Translations under genes and position numbers: made by a program
The notes under the pieces: generated by a model
Database searches by the model: none
Told to the model about the DNA's origin: nothing
What the model saw: the letters and a program-made list of their open reading frames with translations, nothing else
NCBI GenBank assembly: GCA_002269645.1
Contig: NIVC01002871.1
Span: 62,001 to 126,000 of the forward strand
DNA length: 64,000 nt
Reading direction: 5' to 3'
Origin: Macrostomum lignano
Lineage: Eukaryota
Part shown: piece by piece, positions 1 to 12,700 of the stretch
Position numbering within the stretch: position 1 is the first letter of the stretch
Layout of the letters: every line of letters begins with the position of its first letter

Positions 1-61
1 CGAACTTTCTATTGGATATGTAATTTTGCTGCTCGGGATTCTTTCCGTTGGACCTCGATCA

Positions 62-1860
62 AACCGATCCCTGACGGTAACGCTAGATATCGACGGTCGC
101 AGTTGTCCGTTTGAACTAGACACCGGTCAGCCATCACGTTGATTGGCGGGAAGAGGTTGGCGGACGAGAGGCTTCCAGGACTTGCCTATACAGTCCACCA
201 CGATGGTGCTCATGCGCACGTACCCCAACGAGCAGTTCAAACTGCTGGGCGATTCAAGGGTCTCTGTGAGTTATAACGGCTAGAACCAAATTCTTCCACC
301 GCTCGTGTCTCTCAGGGCAATGGGCCTTTTCATATTGCTTGCTCTGGTTCCAGAACCAGAACCAATTTGTGAAGTATAACTTTTTGTCTCCATAACTAGA
401 GGGAGATACGTGCTATAAAGTTTTTATTATTGAATGACAATCGCCAAGAAGAAAGTGAAAAATTGTGCTAAGTTAGGTTGTTAAGGCAGTCAAATATGAA
501 CAGAGTTTAATAGTTATACTGCTGTTTTTCTTGGAATTCCGAACCGATTCTGGTTCTGGAATTGGTAATATGAAAAGACCCAATGTCGATCTTCTTGGAC
601 GAGATTGGATGGCTCGACTAAGGTTGGACTGGCAGGCAATCATGGCTCAGGTCAACTCAGTCAGCTCCAGCTCCGCAACCACCTGATGCAGCAGCTAGCT
701 CTCTGAAGTCTTCGCTGACGGATTGGGTGGTATCACATCCAGGCTCGTGGCTCAGGTCAACTCAGTCAGCTCCAGCTCCGCAACCCCCTAGTGATGCAGC
801 AGTTCTCTGAAGTCTTCGCTGACGGACTTGGGTGGTATCGCCACGGCGAAGTCAAACTGCAGGTGGACGAGCAGGCCATGCCACGATTCTTCAAGGCCAG
901 GCCATGTGCCGTAATCACTGATGACGAGAGGACGAGGAGCTGATACGACTCGAGGCCAAGGGCATCATCGCAGATCAAGAATTCAAACTGGGCTGCTCCA
1001 ATCATCCCGGTGGTGAAGGCAAACGGCGATATTTGCATTTGCGGCGAATACAAAGTTCACCTTCAACGCCGCGGCCAAGCCTGAGCACTATCCATTGCCA
1101 CGGATTAGAGGACATCTTCGTCAAGCAGATTATTAAGATGCAAATAGACAAAACTCGACTTATCGAACGCGTTTTTGCAGCTGCCAATGTCCGAGGGGAG
1201 CCGTGCCTACCTAGTCATCAAAACATCGAGAGTCTTGTTTCAACTCAATAGACTGCCCTTCGGCATTAACTCGGCCAGCGCCATCTTCCAGCGTACTCTG
1301 CAAGCGCTATTGGGTGATCTATTGAGACGACAAGGTGTTCGTCGACGACATTCTCGTCACAGGCAAGCAGCACAAACAGAACCTAACTAGAGTGCTGCAG
1401 CGTCTTCAGGACGCTGGCCTTCGACTAAACAAGGCCAAGTGCCTGTTCTTCCAAGATTCTCGGGATCGAGGGCCTTCGTTCCGTCTGCACTCCGCCCGAT
1501 GGTCCTCTGCGTACTGCATTAAGCTCGATCATCCTGGGGCTAGCCGCATGGGAGCGCTCGCGCGCATGCAGCTACGTGTGGTGGCCTGGGCTGGACCGTC
1601 AGAGCATGTGAAACCAGCCGGGCTGATCCACCCAATTCGCCAGTGCACCCATGGCCCTTCCCATCCGAGCCATGGTCCAGACTGCACGTCGACTTTGCTG
1701 GGCCAGTGGACGGACGCACTTTTCTGGTGCTTATCGACGCGGACAGCAAGTGGCCGGAGATGAAGCAGCTGACCAGCATGACGTCGACCACGACAATCGG
1801 CTGTCTCCGCGAGATCTTCGCGCGCCAGGGCCTGCCATGGACTTTAGTGTCGGACAACAG
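62..1860 (+). mobile_element. Decayed Ty3/Gypsy (K02A2.6-like) LTR retrotransposon pol remnant: protease, RT, integrase; frameshifted and internally deleted
   Basis: Manual translation: LDIDGRSCPFELDTG (71-127, retropepsin DTG); LLGRDW (~591); WAAPIIPVVKANGDICICG; LPFGINSASAIFQR and FVDDILVTG (RT); PWSRLHVDFAGP...IFARQGLPWTLVSDN (integrase core, 1643-1860). No recognisable RNase H segment; ~100-bp tandem duplication at ~643-840. Confidence 0.9.
322..581. mobile_element. ~260-bp MITE inserted in the Gypsy protease region
   Basis: Left end GGGCCTTTTCATATT..TTCCAGAACCAGAA; right end reverse complement GGGTCTTTTCATATT..TTCCAGAACCAGAA. AAT direct repeat at 319-321 and 582-584. Removing it restores in-frame SQGNVDLLGRDW. 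Confidence 0.8.
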
Positions 1861-1861
1861 G

Positions 1862-2341
1862 AAGTTGATTTTTCACAGGGATTGAAAATACGAGTAGGAT
1901 GCAATGAATGCGATGGTTCATCCCAAGCACTCGGGCAACTTCTGAACGCCCTCTGCAGCACCCGAATCACCCTGCTGTTTCAAAAGTCGGACGATCTCGT
2001 TAAAGAGCTCGTTCAGGCATTGATACAGGCGACCTCAAGTCCTCTGTGAGAATTCGGTGGATGCTGGATGAAAGAATTCCACTAAGCTCTGCCAGCAAAC
2101 CACAGATGAGCTCGACGTTGCTCTTGGTCTGCACTTCCCGGGATACCCCAGATCTCGGCTCGTCCAGGGTCGAAGTGCAGCCGCTCTTAAGCCAATCCTA
2201 CCACTTGTACACAGCGCGCTAGCACAGCGCATCTTTGCCATACGCGTCTACAAGTCGCCAGTGAACTTGTGCAGCTGGCGTTCCTTGCAGCAATTAAGTT
2301 TTAATGTAACACCGCTGCTTGTTCTGCGGGTCATCTCCCAT
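1862..2341 (-). mobile_element. Tc1/mariner transposase remnant (N-terminal HTH joined to a C-terminus-like tail; internal deletion, stops)
   Basis: Minus strand from ATG 2341: MGDDPQNKQRCYIKT*LLQGTPAAQVHWRLVDAYGKDALC*RAVYKW*DWLKSGCTSTLDEPRSG...SIHRILTEDL, followed in another frame by EGVQKLPEC. Confidence 0.75.
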
Positions 2342-3163
2342 TACCGCGACGTCGGCCAAGGAAGGAAAACAGTGATGAGGAGAATTGCGGTGGTGACGAT
2401 AAGAAAAGGGCAAATAGTTCAAGTGCGCAGGAAATTATTGGAGGGCAGGGCAGCTATAGTGACAGCTGCAGCCACTAGAGCGATGTCTATGGTGGAAATC
2501 GATCGATTGCACGAACTTTTGGGATACCCCTGGTATGTTTCGTGCCACAGCACGCCTGGCTATGTTAGGGCCCGGAGCCCCCAAATAGTAAAACCGGATG
2601 CCACGGGCTCACATCTCTTATCTGTCTGCCATTCGGGAGCTACTTCCTAGTGCAAGAATCAAAGACTGTTCTCAAGTCAGTTCTGAAACAATTTAACGTC
2701 CTAAAATTGTATGGTTGAAGTTCTAGTAGTTCTTGTATTCTTTTAGGTAACCCAATACTATTGTGGCGTCGCCGTCAGATTCAAATTAACTCGATGAAAA
2801 AAATATATGTATTGAAAACTACATGTACAATGTACAAATATCTTCTGCATTTCTACTGCCAGTGAGCCTGCAGCTTTACGTGTCTTTTTACGAGCTATAT
2901 CTCTGTCTAATAACAATGAAATATATTTGTCCTGTGCTCGCAGATTTTCATGCCTCGCCTTTGATCACGACAGCGGCTTTTCTTCACCAAAAAAGAAGTA
3001 AATTAAAATCCCGAAAAATATTTCACAAAAATATCTTTAATGAAAGAAGCTATCACTTTTTACTCTAGAGTACAGCGATCGTTTGAGAATTAATCATACT
3101 TTAGTATACACAAATGTAGAATATGCAGAAATTAACTTCACTATTACACCAAACTCAGAAAGC

Positions 3164-5838
3164 TCAAGAATAAAATTGCGAGCCTGTCGACCTGAAAGCA
3201 TCGGCGCCACGAGCGGCCGCGGCGGCGGCAATCGCGGGGGCACCGCTCTTGACGTGAACTGTCTCGCTGATCTCGCCGCAGTCAACGACCAGCTCCAGCT
3301 GCTCCTCCTTGACTGACACAACTCGCTGGCCGCTGGTCTCTTTGGTCACGATGCGCTTCCTGATGATCAGCTGTTCGATCAGGCGGTCCTCTTCCGGCGG
3401 CGAGTCGGACCGATCGCTGGCGGTTGCGACAGACGAACCTTCAGTTAAAGAGGCGTCGCTTGAACGTCGATTGTTGACGACATTGCGCGTTTTGACGCTC
3501 GGAGCCGCTGGCGTCGTTGTAGCTTTGAAATCTTTAGTTGCAGCGTCGAGCGGCGGCACCGGCCGCACTGAGGCATCGCCACATATCTTGCTTCTGCGCT
3601 TGGCCCTCTGCCCGCCACCGCCTTCTTCCACTTCGTCTTCCTCTTCGCTGACCGTCTTCAGGAGGGCGGCCAGCGTTGGCTTCAGCTCCGGGCGGAGGCC
3701 ATCCTCGTGGGTGTGCAGCCATTTGAAGTCGGTCTCCGTCTGGTTAGAATGGGATCTTTGGCTGGAAATTAACAAATGAGCTTGTTATGATAACTTGTAC
3801 TTTTGTACCTGCATTCACTCGCATACTGTACAGGACCTATGGTGTTTCCCTTGGTCGTTGAAAACATTAAGACAAACTAGAAAAAACTAGTTCAAGAAAT
3901 AGCTTACGGTCATTACGGGGCTGCATAAGGTCGTAATAGATAATTCCAAAAAAGGCTGAATGTCTAAAATGGTCATCAAGGTCAAGCGTCAATCAGTGTC
4001 ACCTCTGCGAGTCCTTGATCAACGATCGGGCCAGCTCGGCGGTCCGCGCGCACCCGGAAGCTTCCGCTAGAGCCCGGATGTCGCGCCCGTCCGCGCATCT
4101 GTGCAGATAATCGGCGCCCCGCCGGATCAGAAGTCGCAGGCAGTCGAGATGGCCGTGCGCCGCGGCCAGCGTCACCGGCGTGTGGCCGCCATCCTGCGGC
4201 GATGTCGGCGCCGGGTTCGGATCGACGCCCGAGCCCAGGAGGAGGCGGGCTACTCGAAGGCTGCCGTGTCTGGGCGCGGTTAGGCGAAGGTGTGGATGCA
4301 GATGCGGTACGCGTACCTAGCTTTTACTGGTAGCGCCTTGGACACTGCAGGAAAATAAGTATCTTGGCACACAAATTTCCAAACCACAAAATCCTTCAAA
4401 AACAAACAAACTTCTTAACTGTCTACACACGATTCTCAAAATACAGCGCACGGTCCTCAAAAACCACAAAAAGTCCTCTCGAACCCCACAAAATTCACAG
4501 ACTTTCAACAAGAAACTACTAACGGTCTTTAAAAATCACAAATTTGTGAGAAACAACACAGTCCTCTGTTTATTAGTAGCGCTGTCACAACAACCGGCGA
4601 GAAGCATTGTCTACCTCCAAAACCATATACACAATCGATCATTACTGCCCATTCCACCGACTCCCCTGTACAGGCACACAAGCGCGCGGATACGCACGCA
4701 GTCATACGCACAGGCACACACTCACACAGGAGTGCACAGCGGCCCTAACTTTATTTATCGTTAGGCATGTACACTTCACTGTGCCTTGGGGGTTGGCCCT
4801 TCAAGGGTGTTAATTGCACGAGCAGAGCCAAGCCGAGATTCCAATTTAGCCCCAAATTAATGTGACTGTACTGGGAATCGAGCTTGGGCCGCTGGCACAT
4901 CAGAGCGCCGCGCCAGACCACTGGGCTACGCCCCGCCCCCCTAGAGATATAGGCTTAGGTAAGCATTGTAGGATGATGCTTTCACACACAGTCCTCACAG
5001 ATGGTACGCAATTCTCACAATCATCACAAATCCCGTACAATCCTTCACAGTCTTCAAAGACGAAATCAAATCGTTGCGCACCGCAATCTGAACGATGACT
5101 TCAGCATTTCCAGATCAGCCATTTGCCAATTCCATAAGCGTGAGCTCCCCACCTGGCGCACACGTGCAGGGCAGTTCTCCCGGCCGAGTCGGCCACCAGC
5201 CGGTCGGCGCCAAACGACAGCAGCCGAGCGGCCACGTCGACTGCGTCCACCAGCGCCGTGACCATCAGCGCCGTGAAGCCGGCCGGACCGCGCAAATCCG
5301 GCGCAGCGCCCAGCTCCAGCAGCAGCTCGGCAACCCTGGCCGAGTTGTTCCTGGCCGCCAGCATCAGCGGCGTCGCCGCGTCCAACTGACGTCGCCGGTC
5401 GACCCGGGCGCCTCGGGAGATTAACAAGCCGGCCATGCGCGGCAGGTCGGCCTGGCAGCACCACATCAGCGCCGTCTGACCGTCCGGCTGCGTGGTCGCA
5501 TCGGCGTCCGCCCCGGCATGCAGCAGCACTCCGGCCACGGCCTGGGCGTCCCGCTGAGCCGCCACCATCAGCGGCGTGCAGCCGCCCAGCTTGGCCGAGT
5601 CCGGCTCGTCCGGCCTGGCGCCAGCCTCCAGCAGCATCTGGGCAGCTTCCCACGCGTCGGCGAGAGCGGCGCCGATCAGCGGCGTCCGACCGGCCGACGT
5701 TCGGCTATTCGGATCGACGCTCGGCCGACGGTGCAGCAGGGCGCGCAGGTCGGACAGGCGGCCCAGCCTGGCTGCCTGATACAGCTCGTCCGCCAGCTCT
5801 GGTGTCGAGATTTTTTCGCTGCCAATGCTGTTGCCCAT
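3164..5838 (-). CDS. Ankyrin-repeat protein, ~516 aa, 3 coding exons, low-complexity C-terminus
   Basis: Exons 5838-5153, 4269-4003, 3761-3164 (686+267+598=1551 nt; GT-AG; phases 2,2). Repeated G-x-T-P/A-L-x-x-A-A motifs; the first junction rebuilds ALHVCAR|HGSLRVARLLL. Starts MGNSIGS. Confidence 0.85.
4586..4941 (-). mobile_element. tRNA-derived SINE, family A, copy 1
   Basis: Closely matches 11472-11775 (-) and 43428-43742 (+); head has an A-box-like TAGCCCAGTGG and B-box-like GCTCGATTCC. Confidence 0.8.
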
Positions 5839-6159
5839 GGAGGCGTCTGAAGTTAAGCGTCGACAAAGTCTCACTCCGTTTGCTTAGTGCGCATGTGTCA
5901 GCACATAAAAGGAACTGAAATACCGCCTGTTCGGTCTCCCAGCTTTATTCATATAGGATTTCGTATGAAGTTAATGAAATACAAAAATAGCTAGATTAAG
6001 GCGAAGCTGAACTTGGAAACTCTTGCACACTACTTGTGATTCTCACAACCCGCTAAGAGTCCTTACAGACCACATTCGGAGGAGAGCAGAGCATCTCAGC
6101 GGTAAACGATGATATTAGGCAAGAAAATTGCCCACGGGGTTGTCGATCAATTCACACCT

Positions 6160-6290
6160 ATGAGGGCCAGCCCCCGAGGCACAGAGAGTGTACATGCCTG
6201 CTGATGATTAGAAAGTCAGGGCCGCTGTACACACTGTGTGAGCGTGCGTATGAGTGCGTGGGCTTGTACGTGCTCATAAGTCAGTGGAAT
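6160..6290 (+). mobile_element. Partial SINE sharing the family-A central domain (family B)
   Basis: GGCACAGAGAGTGTACATGCC...AGGGCCGCTGTACAC..TGTGTGAG shared with family A; similar pieces at ~11150-11345 (-) and ~42375-42500 (+). Confidence 0.55.
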
Positions 6291-6302
6291 AGTCATAGTT
6301 GG

Positions 6303-7140
6303 TCCTTCACAAGATACTAAAAGTCCACACAAGCCTCACACGGTTCTCACAAGCTACTAAAAGTCCCCACAAGCCTCACACAGTTCTCACAAGCTACTAA
6401 AGTCCCACAAGCCTCACACGGTTCTCACAAGCTACTAAAGTCCCCACAAGCCTCACACGGTTCTCACAAGCTACTAAAAGTCCCCACAAGCCTCACACAG
6501 TTCTCACAAGCTACTAAAAGTCCCACAAGCCTCACACGGTCCTCACAAGCTACTAAAAGTCCCACAAGCCTCACACGGTTCTCACAAGCTACTAAAGTCC
6601 CCACAAGCCTCACACGGTCCTCACAAGCTACTAAAGTCCCACAAGCCTCACACAGTTCTCACAAGCTACTTAAGTCCCCACAAGCCTCACACGGTCCTCA
6701 CAAGCTACTAAAAGTCCCCACAAGCCTCACACGGTTCTCACAAGCTACTAAAGTCCCACAAGCCTCACACGGTCCTCACAAGCTACTAAAAGTCCCCACA
6801 AGCCTCACACGGTTCTCACAAGCTACTAAAGTCCCACAAGCCTCACACGGTCCTCACAAGCGACTAAAAGTCCCCACAAGCCTCACACGGTCCTCACAAG
6901 CTACTAAAAGTCCCCACAAGCCTCACACGGTTCTCACAAGCTACTAAAGTCCCCACAAGCCTCACACGGTCCTCACAAGCTACTAAAAGTCCCCACAAGC
7001 CTCACACGGTTCTCACAAGCTACTAAAGTCCACACAAGCCTCACACGGTTCTCACAAGCTACTAAAGTCCCCACAAGCCTCACACGGTCCTCACACGGTC
7101 CTCACAAGCTACTAAAAGTCCCACAAGCCTCACACGGTCT
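6303..7140. repeat. Minisatellite, ~37-40 bp unit CTCACAAGCTACTAAAAGTCCCCACAAGCCTCACACGGTT
   Basis: About 20 tandem copies read directly. Confidence 0.95.
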
Positions 7141-7912
7141 CCACGACTGTCCTTGCGGATGAAATGAGATCTCTGCACACCACAACCTGTGCGATGACTT
7201 CACAATCTTCGTATCATTGTGAATTCATCAGAGACCGTCTCTTACCTTTCCATTCGCGTCCAAATTATAGACAAAAAACAATAAAACTGACTTACCTCTA
7301 TTAACCATAGATGTAACTACGCAATTTCGACTAAGGCTTACCTGTCCCGGACATTCTAACAATCCATTTTTATAGTCAAATTCTGACGCAAACGAACTGT
7401 GCCTATAAGGAATGATAGTTGATGCGCTAAGATTGTTGCAAGTAAATTCTTCCGGTTGGGCTTACCGCTAGTGATTAGCTATCTCTGATGATCTTCACAA
7501 GATGACTGCGCTGGCCCAAGCCATTTTAGGACTGTTGGTTTGAATTATTTAGCCGTACCGATTCAAACCCGATGGCTGGTTGTGCGACGTTATCGCATGA
7601 TGGCCCTTGCCCGGCCTAACAGCAAATTTCTGTGGCCCAGTACGCCTGCGACTGTACGCTTATACGAGCTAATAAACAGGCTCTACCGGGGTATATGCCA
7701 CTCTTCAGAGACGAGCCTCTCCCAGTGCTCAATACTGTCCGTGCGGGTATAAGCCCAGTATATTGTGTGGCTTGGGCACCAAGCAATATAGCTAGAAAGG
7801 ACAATGAGATTCTAAGGACAGAATGTAAATACGAGTATAATTTAGAAGAAGCACACAGCTCAACACTGCTTTTGCAGGGAAAAACTGCAAGCTAATTTAA
7901 TAATTTATCAAA

Positions 7913-8480
7913 CTGCTTACAGAAACTGAGCACTCCAGTAGCCACTTTAGCAACTCACAACCTCCTTACAGAAACTGAGCACTCCAGTAGCCAGTTTAGC
8001 AACTCACAACCTCCTTACAGAAACTGAGCACTCCAGTAGCCAGTTTAGCAACTCACAACCTCCTTACAGAAACTGAGCACTCCAGTAGCCAGTTTAGCAA
8101 CTCACAACCTCCTTACAGAAACTGAGCACTCCAGTAGCCAGTTTAGCAACTCACAACCTCCTTACAGAAACTGAGCACTCCAGTAGCCAGTTTAGCAACT
8201 CACAACCTCCTTACAGAAACTGAGCACTCCAGTAGCCAGTTTAGCAACTCACAACCTCCTTACAGAAACTGAGCACTCCAGTAGCCAGTTTAGCAACTCA
8301 CAAACTGCTTACAGAAACTGAGCACTCCAGTAGCCAGTTTAGCAACTCACAAACTGCTTACAGAAACTGAGCACTCCAGTAGCCAGTTTAGCAACTCACA
8401 ACCTCCTTACAGAAACTGAGCACTCCAGTAGCCAGTTTAGCAACTCACAAGCTGCTTACAGAAACTGCATGAGCACTCCA
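7913..8480. repeat. Minisatellite, 49-bp unit CTTACAGAAACTGAGCACTCCAGTAGCCAGTTTAGCAACTCACAACCTC
   Basis: About 11 tandem copies. Confidence 0.95.
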
Positions 8481-9224
8481 GAAAGACCAGAAACTAACTA
8501 ACTTAGCACCCCAGAAAATGACGTCCCAGCTTGTTTTAATCAAGATATAGATTGTCTTTTATCAAACTGAGACACCCGCAACTCGATAAAAAAGCGAGTG
8601 TAGAGTTCTAAAATTAGCATAAGGAATGAATACATATTTCATAACTGAACCAAATGAGGTCAAATTATGGAATTGGCTATTCTTAGCGATGCCTCATTGA
8701 ATAGTATTGTTTAAATATACTGTAATTCTTGTATAGAAATATCAAAACTACTACCTGCCTAGCCTGACTAACGGCAACAATTAAATTATCACGTCGTTTA
8801 ACATTGGATTAACTATTGATTCCATGTTCAGAATAGGCTGCCGAGCTTTAACTTTGTCGATGCTATCTTTAGAACTGGAAAAATAGCTACATGTAGATAG
8901 GTCACTCGTAAAAATTCGCTCAACGACTCTTTTTCAGTAGCAATGCATTTTGCAATGTATAAAATAAAATAAAAAGTTTTTTTATTTTACAACAAGATAT
9001 TTGAAGTTTTGAAGCTCTAACAATTACAGCGTCTATTGAAGCAGAGCCATTAAATTAGCATCTTCATCCTGTTTGACTGTTGACACTGCACCCAAATCCA
9101 GTGGGTGTGCATACCGAGCAAAAGAGAAAAGGGGCGGCGCCCCAGCCCCCAGTCAGGACGATAAATAGTTTGGCTTTCGTCTTGCCCGCTTATGTCTGAC
9201 TTTGGCCTCTCTCCTTACTGCTTT

Positions 9225-9360
9225 CTCATTGGCTGAGCTAGATTGGGCCTGCCCCTTAGGTTGAGTTTCGTCCGTCTAACTTTGTCCTCTCTCCTTGCTG
9301 CTCTCTCATTGGCTGAGCTAGATTGAGACTGCCCCTAGGCTGAGTTTCGTCCGTCTTGCG
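9225..9360 (+). promoter_or_regulatory. Duplicated ~80-bp segment with reverse CCAAT boxes (ATTGGCTGA) upstream of the orphan gene
   Basis: CTCATTGGCTGAGCTAGATTG occurs twice, ~400-500 bp before ATG 9741; promoter role inferred. Confidence 0.3.
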
Positions 9361-9740
9361 TTCACTAGTGTACATCCAGTTAAAGGCTGGTTGTTTGTTC
9401 TTAATCCCATATGCTCCTCGAGTCCTATGCTCCTGAGGCCGCCAGCCCCAAGGAAGGAAAGGAAATTTTTGCTGCCACATAAAATTTACGTGACACTGTT
9501 CAGACAAACTACTGAAAACAGAGTAGATACTTTACTTTTCACCACTTTAGTTCTGAGTGGCAACTATTTTTTATAGTATCTGCAGACAAGTCTTAACAAA
9601 TGTTTCTATGGTACAAAGCTATCGTGGATTTTTTGCAATCGTGTTCGCTAAGAAATCGAAGCCATCGCACACAGTTGTTTATCTGTTCATCAAAGTCAAT
9701 TATTTTTGCCTTATCAACAGCCTCGCAAGCAAAGCAGCAG

Positions 9741-12700
9741 ATGCCGTCGATTCTGACAAAAATTCGAGACGTCTGGCGAAAGAAGAAGACTACCCAGAAA
9801 CATTCAGCTGAAGACTATGAGGACACCGCCACAGTCACCGCCACAGCCACTGCCACAGCCACCGAATCTGCATCCGACAGCGACATTGGCGTCTCAGTCA
9901 AAGTGACCGAGTTCCGACGGCCGGCGGCCGAGAAGTTGCTGAGGCGGATCTCCTCGCTCAGACTGGCCAGGCCCAGCCACTGGCTCACGGCGCGTGGGTT
10001 GGGGAGAAGCCGCCGGCTGATTTAATCTCTTCATCTTCATCCCTTCATGCTTCTCTTCATGTCACTTTCTTCATCTCCCTCTCTTCATGCTTCTCTTCAT
10101 GTCCCTCTCTTCATCTCTCCCTCTTCATATCCCTCTCTTCATGCTTCTCTTTATGTCCCTCTCTTTATCTTGCTATCTTCTCTTTGTCTCCCCTCTCTAT
10201 TTCTTCATCTCCATCTTTATATCCCTACTTATAAGATTCTCTCAGTCTACTACTTTTTTTAATCTACTTTCCTGATTTTTGCACACCTTTCTTTACAATG
10301 ACAAAATAAAGGAATACCATGCTACTAATTTTGATCAATATAAATTAAGATTAGGCTATTATCATTACAAAAAGAATCGATTCAATTATGTAATCCATGC
10401 TCGCAGGCACACAGCACAACAGCGGTACAAACCGGAGCAGGAGTTGCAGCAGCAGCAGCGGGGGCAGCAGTAACAGCAGCTTGAGCAGAAGCTGCAACGC
10501 AAATCCTTCGAACTTAACGCCAGTCAGCAAGTCGGGCGACATCTCCAAGGCCGAGCCGCTGAAGCCGAAACGAGTTCGAAGCGCGGAACCGAAATTTGAA
10601 TCCGAAGACGATGACAGCAGGGACGGCAATCGAACTCTGGACGCTAGCGGAGATGAAGTGCCGGCGATAAAAAGGGGGTCCTATATAAGGTGTGTACTTG
10701 CAGTTGACAATTCAAGATTATAAGGGGCCGTTGATAAGGTGTGTACTTGCAGTTGACAATTCAAGATTATAAGGGGCCGTTGATAAGGTGTGTACTTGCA
10801 GTTGACAATTCAAGATTATAAGGGGCCGTTGATAAGGTGTGTACTTGCAGTTGACAATTCAAGATTATAAGGGGCCCTTGATAAGGTGTGTACTTGCAGT
10901 TGACAATTCAAGATTATAAGGGGCCGTTGATAAGGTGTGTACTTGCAGTTGACAATTCAAGATTATAAGGGGGCCCTTGATAAGGTGTGTACTTGCAGTT
11001 GACAATTCAAGATTATAAGGGGCCGTTGATAAGGTGTGTGTACTTGCACTTTCGGACACGCGTATAGAAGCTCACAGTCGGTTTGGCCTGGTGCTTTAAA
11101 ATCAATATTCATAGGACTGTGAGCACCCTGGCGCAATGCTTTCCGCGACCTTGTCCTACAACCAGCGCTGATGCGATTCCGCTGACTCCTGAGAGCACAT
11201 AAAAGCGCGTCAATACTACACGCAGACACGCACTCATACACGCGCTCACACAGGGTGTACAGCGGCTTTGATGGCTTTCTAATCGTCTGGCATGTACACT
11301 CTCTGTGCCTTGGGGCCTTGCCCTCATGGTTGTGAATTGAGCAGAAGCCTGTGCAATTTTAGTGCACGGGCCACATAAACTTCGGGCTCCACTATTTTTC
11401 TTAAGCTGACATCCCTTTTTTTATTAGAGGCAGGGGGTTGTGTGGACCCTGGCGCACATTAAGCGACATAGGCACACAACCGGCGAGAGGCATTACTGCG
11501 CATTCCGCCGACTCCCCTGAGCAGGCATACAAGCGCGCGGATACGTACGCAGGCACACACTCACACAGGAGTGTACAGCGGCCCTAACTTTATATTATCG
11601 TTAGGCATGTACACTTCACTGCGCCTTGGGGGTTGGCTCTCAAGGCCGTTAATTGCACGAGCAGAGCCAAGCCGAGATTCCAATTCAGCCCCAAATTAAT
11701 GTGACTGCACTTGGAATCGAGCCTGGGTCGCTGGCACACCAGAGCAGCTGCGCTACCGCTGGGCTACGCCCCCCCTAATGACATCCCTTTTGTACTGTTC
11801 GTCTTTCCAGCAGGGCATCGCCAAGCCGCCGGCTCAGGCGAAGCGGCAGCCACCGACTTCGCCTCGCCCTGCCGACCCGGCTGCGGGAGTTTCTCTGCTG
11901 GCCGCGGGTGGCTGGCGGGAGATCCACTGGCGTTGCCGGCACCAGCGCGGAGAACAAAGACTTCACGGTTGGCCAGATCGAGTGCCTCTATCAGCTGCCG
12001 CAAACGCCGATGCCCAGCGCCGCGACTGTTGGTCATCGAAACTCTTTGTCAAATTTGGCGACGGATAAAGAGTCACCAAATTCTGCTATCATTGCACCAA
12101 AACCTGTCATTGAAACGCCAAATGGACCATGCGAGATTGAAGATGAAGCGACGAACGCGGATATAAAACCGGAAGTAATCAAGCATGAACCGGAAGTGAA
12201 ACAAGAACGATCAGCAGAGCCAGGATCGGAAGTAAACGTAGACCAATACGAACTGGAAGTGAATTTTCACAAACAGGAACCGGAGACAGACGCAGACCAA
12301 CTCGAACCGGACGTGAAAGCAACTCTCGAACAGGAGTTAGAAATCTACGCCGATCTGGAACAAGATTCGGAAATCAACTCGGAACCATATCAGCAACCGG
12401 AAGCGGAATCGGAAGCGAACTTTGACATAGTCGAATGGTCGCCGAAACTAGATGAAGCGGTGCTTGGGAAAGCGGAACCGAACTATGCCAGTACCGCGGC
12501 TTGCGAACTATCTCGGCAAGCCAGGCCTTCAGCAGCCTTCAGCGAGGCCTACGGCGACACCAGGCGAGAGTGCGGCTCAGTTGAACTCGCGATTGATGGC
12601 CTCTCATTGGCTGACGAGGCCGAGTATCAGCGACTGTTCAACCGGCGAGCGAGGACGCTGATTGGGTGAGCGAATTCGCCTGCTTCATCAGATTGTCTAT

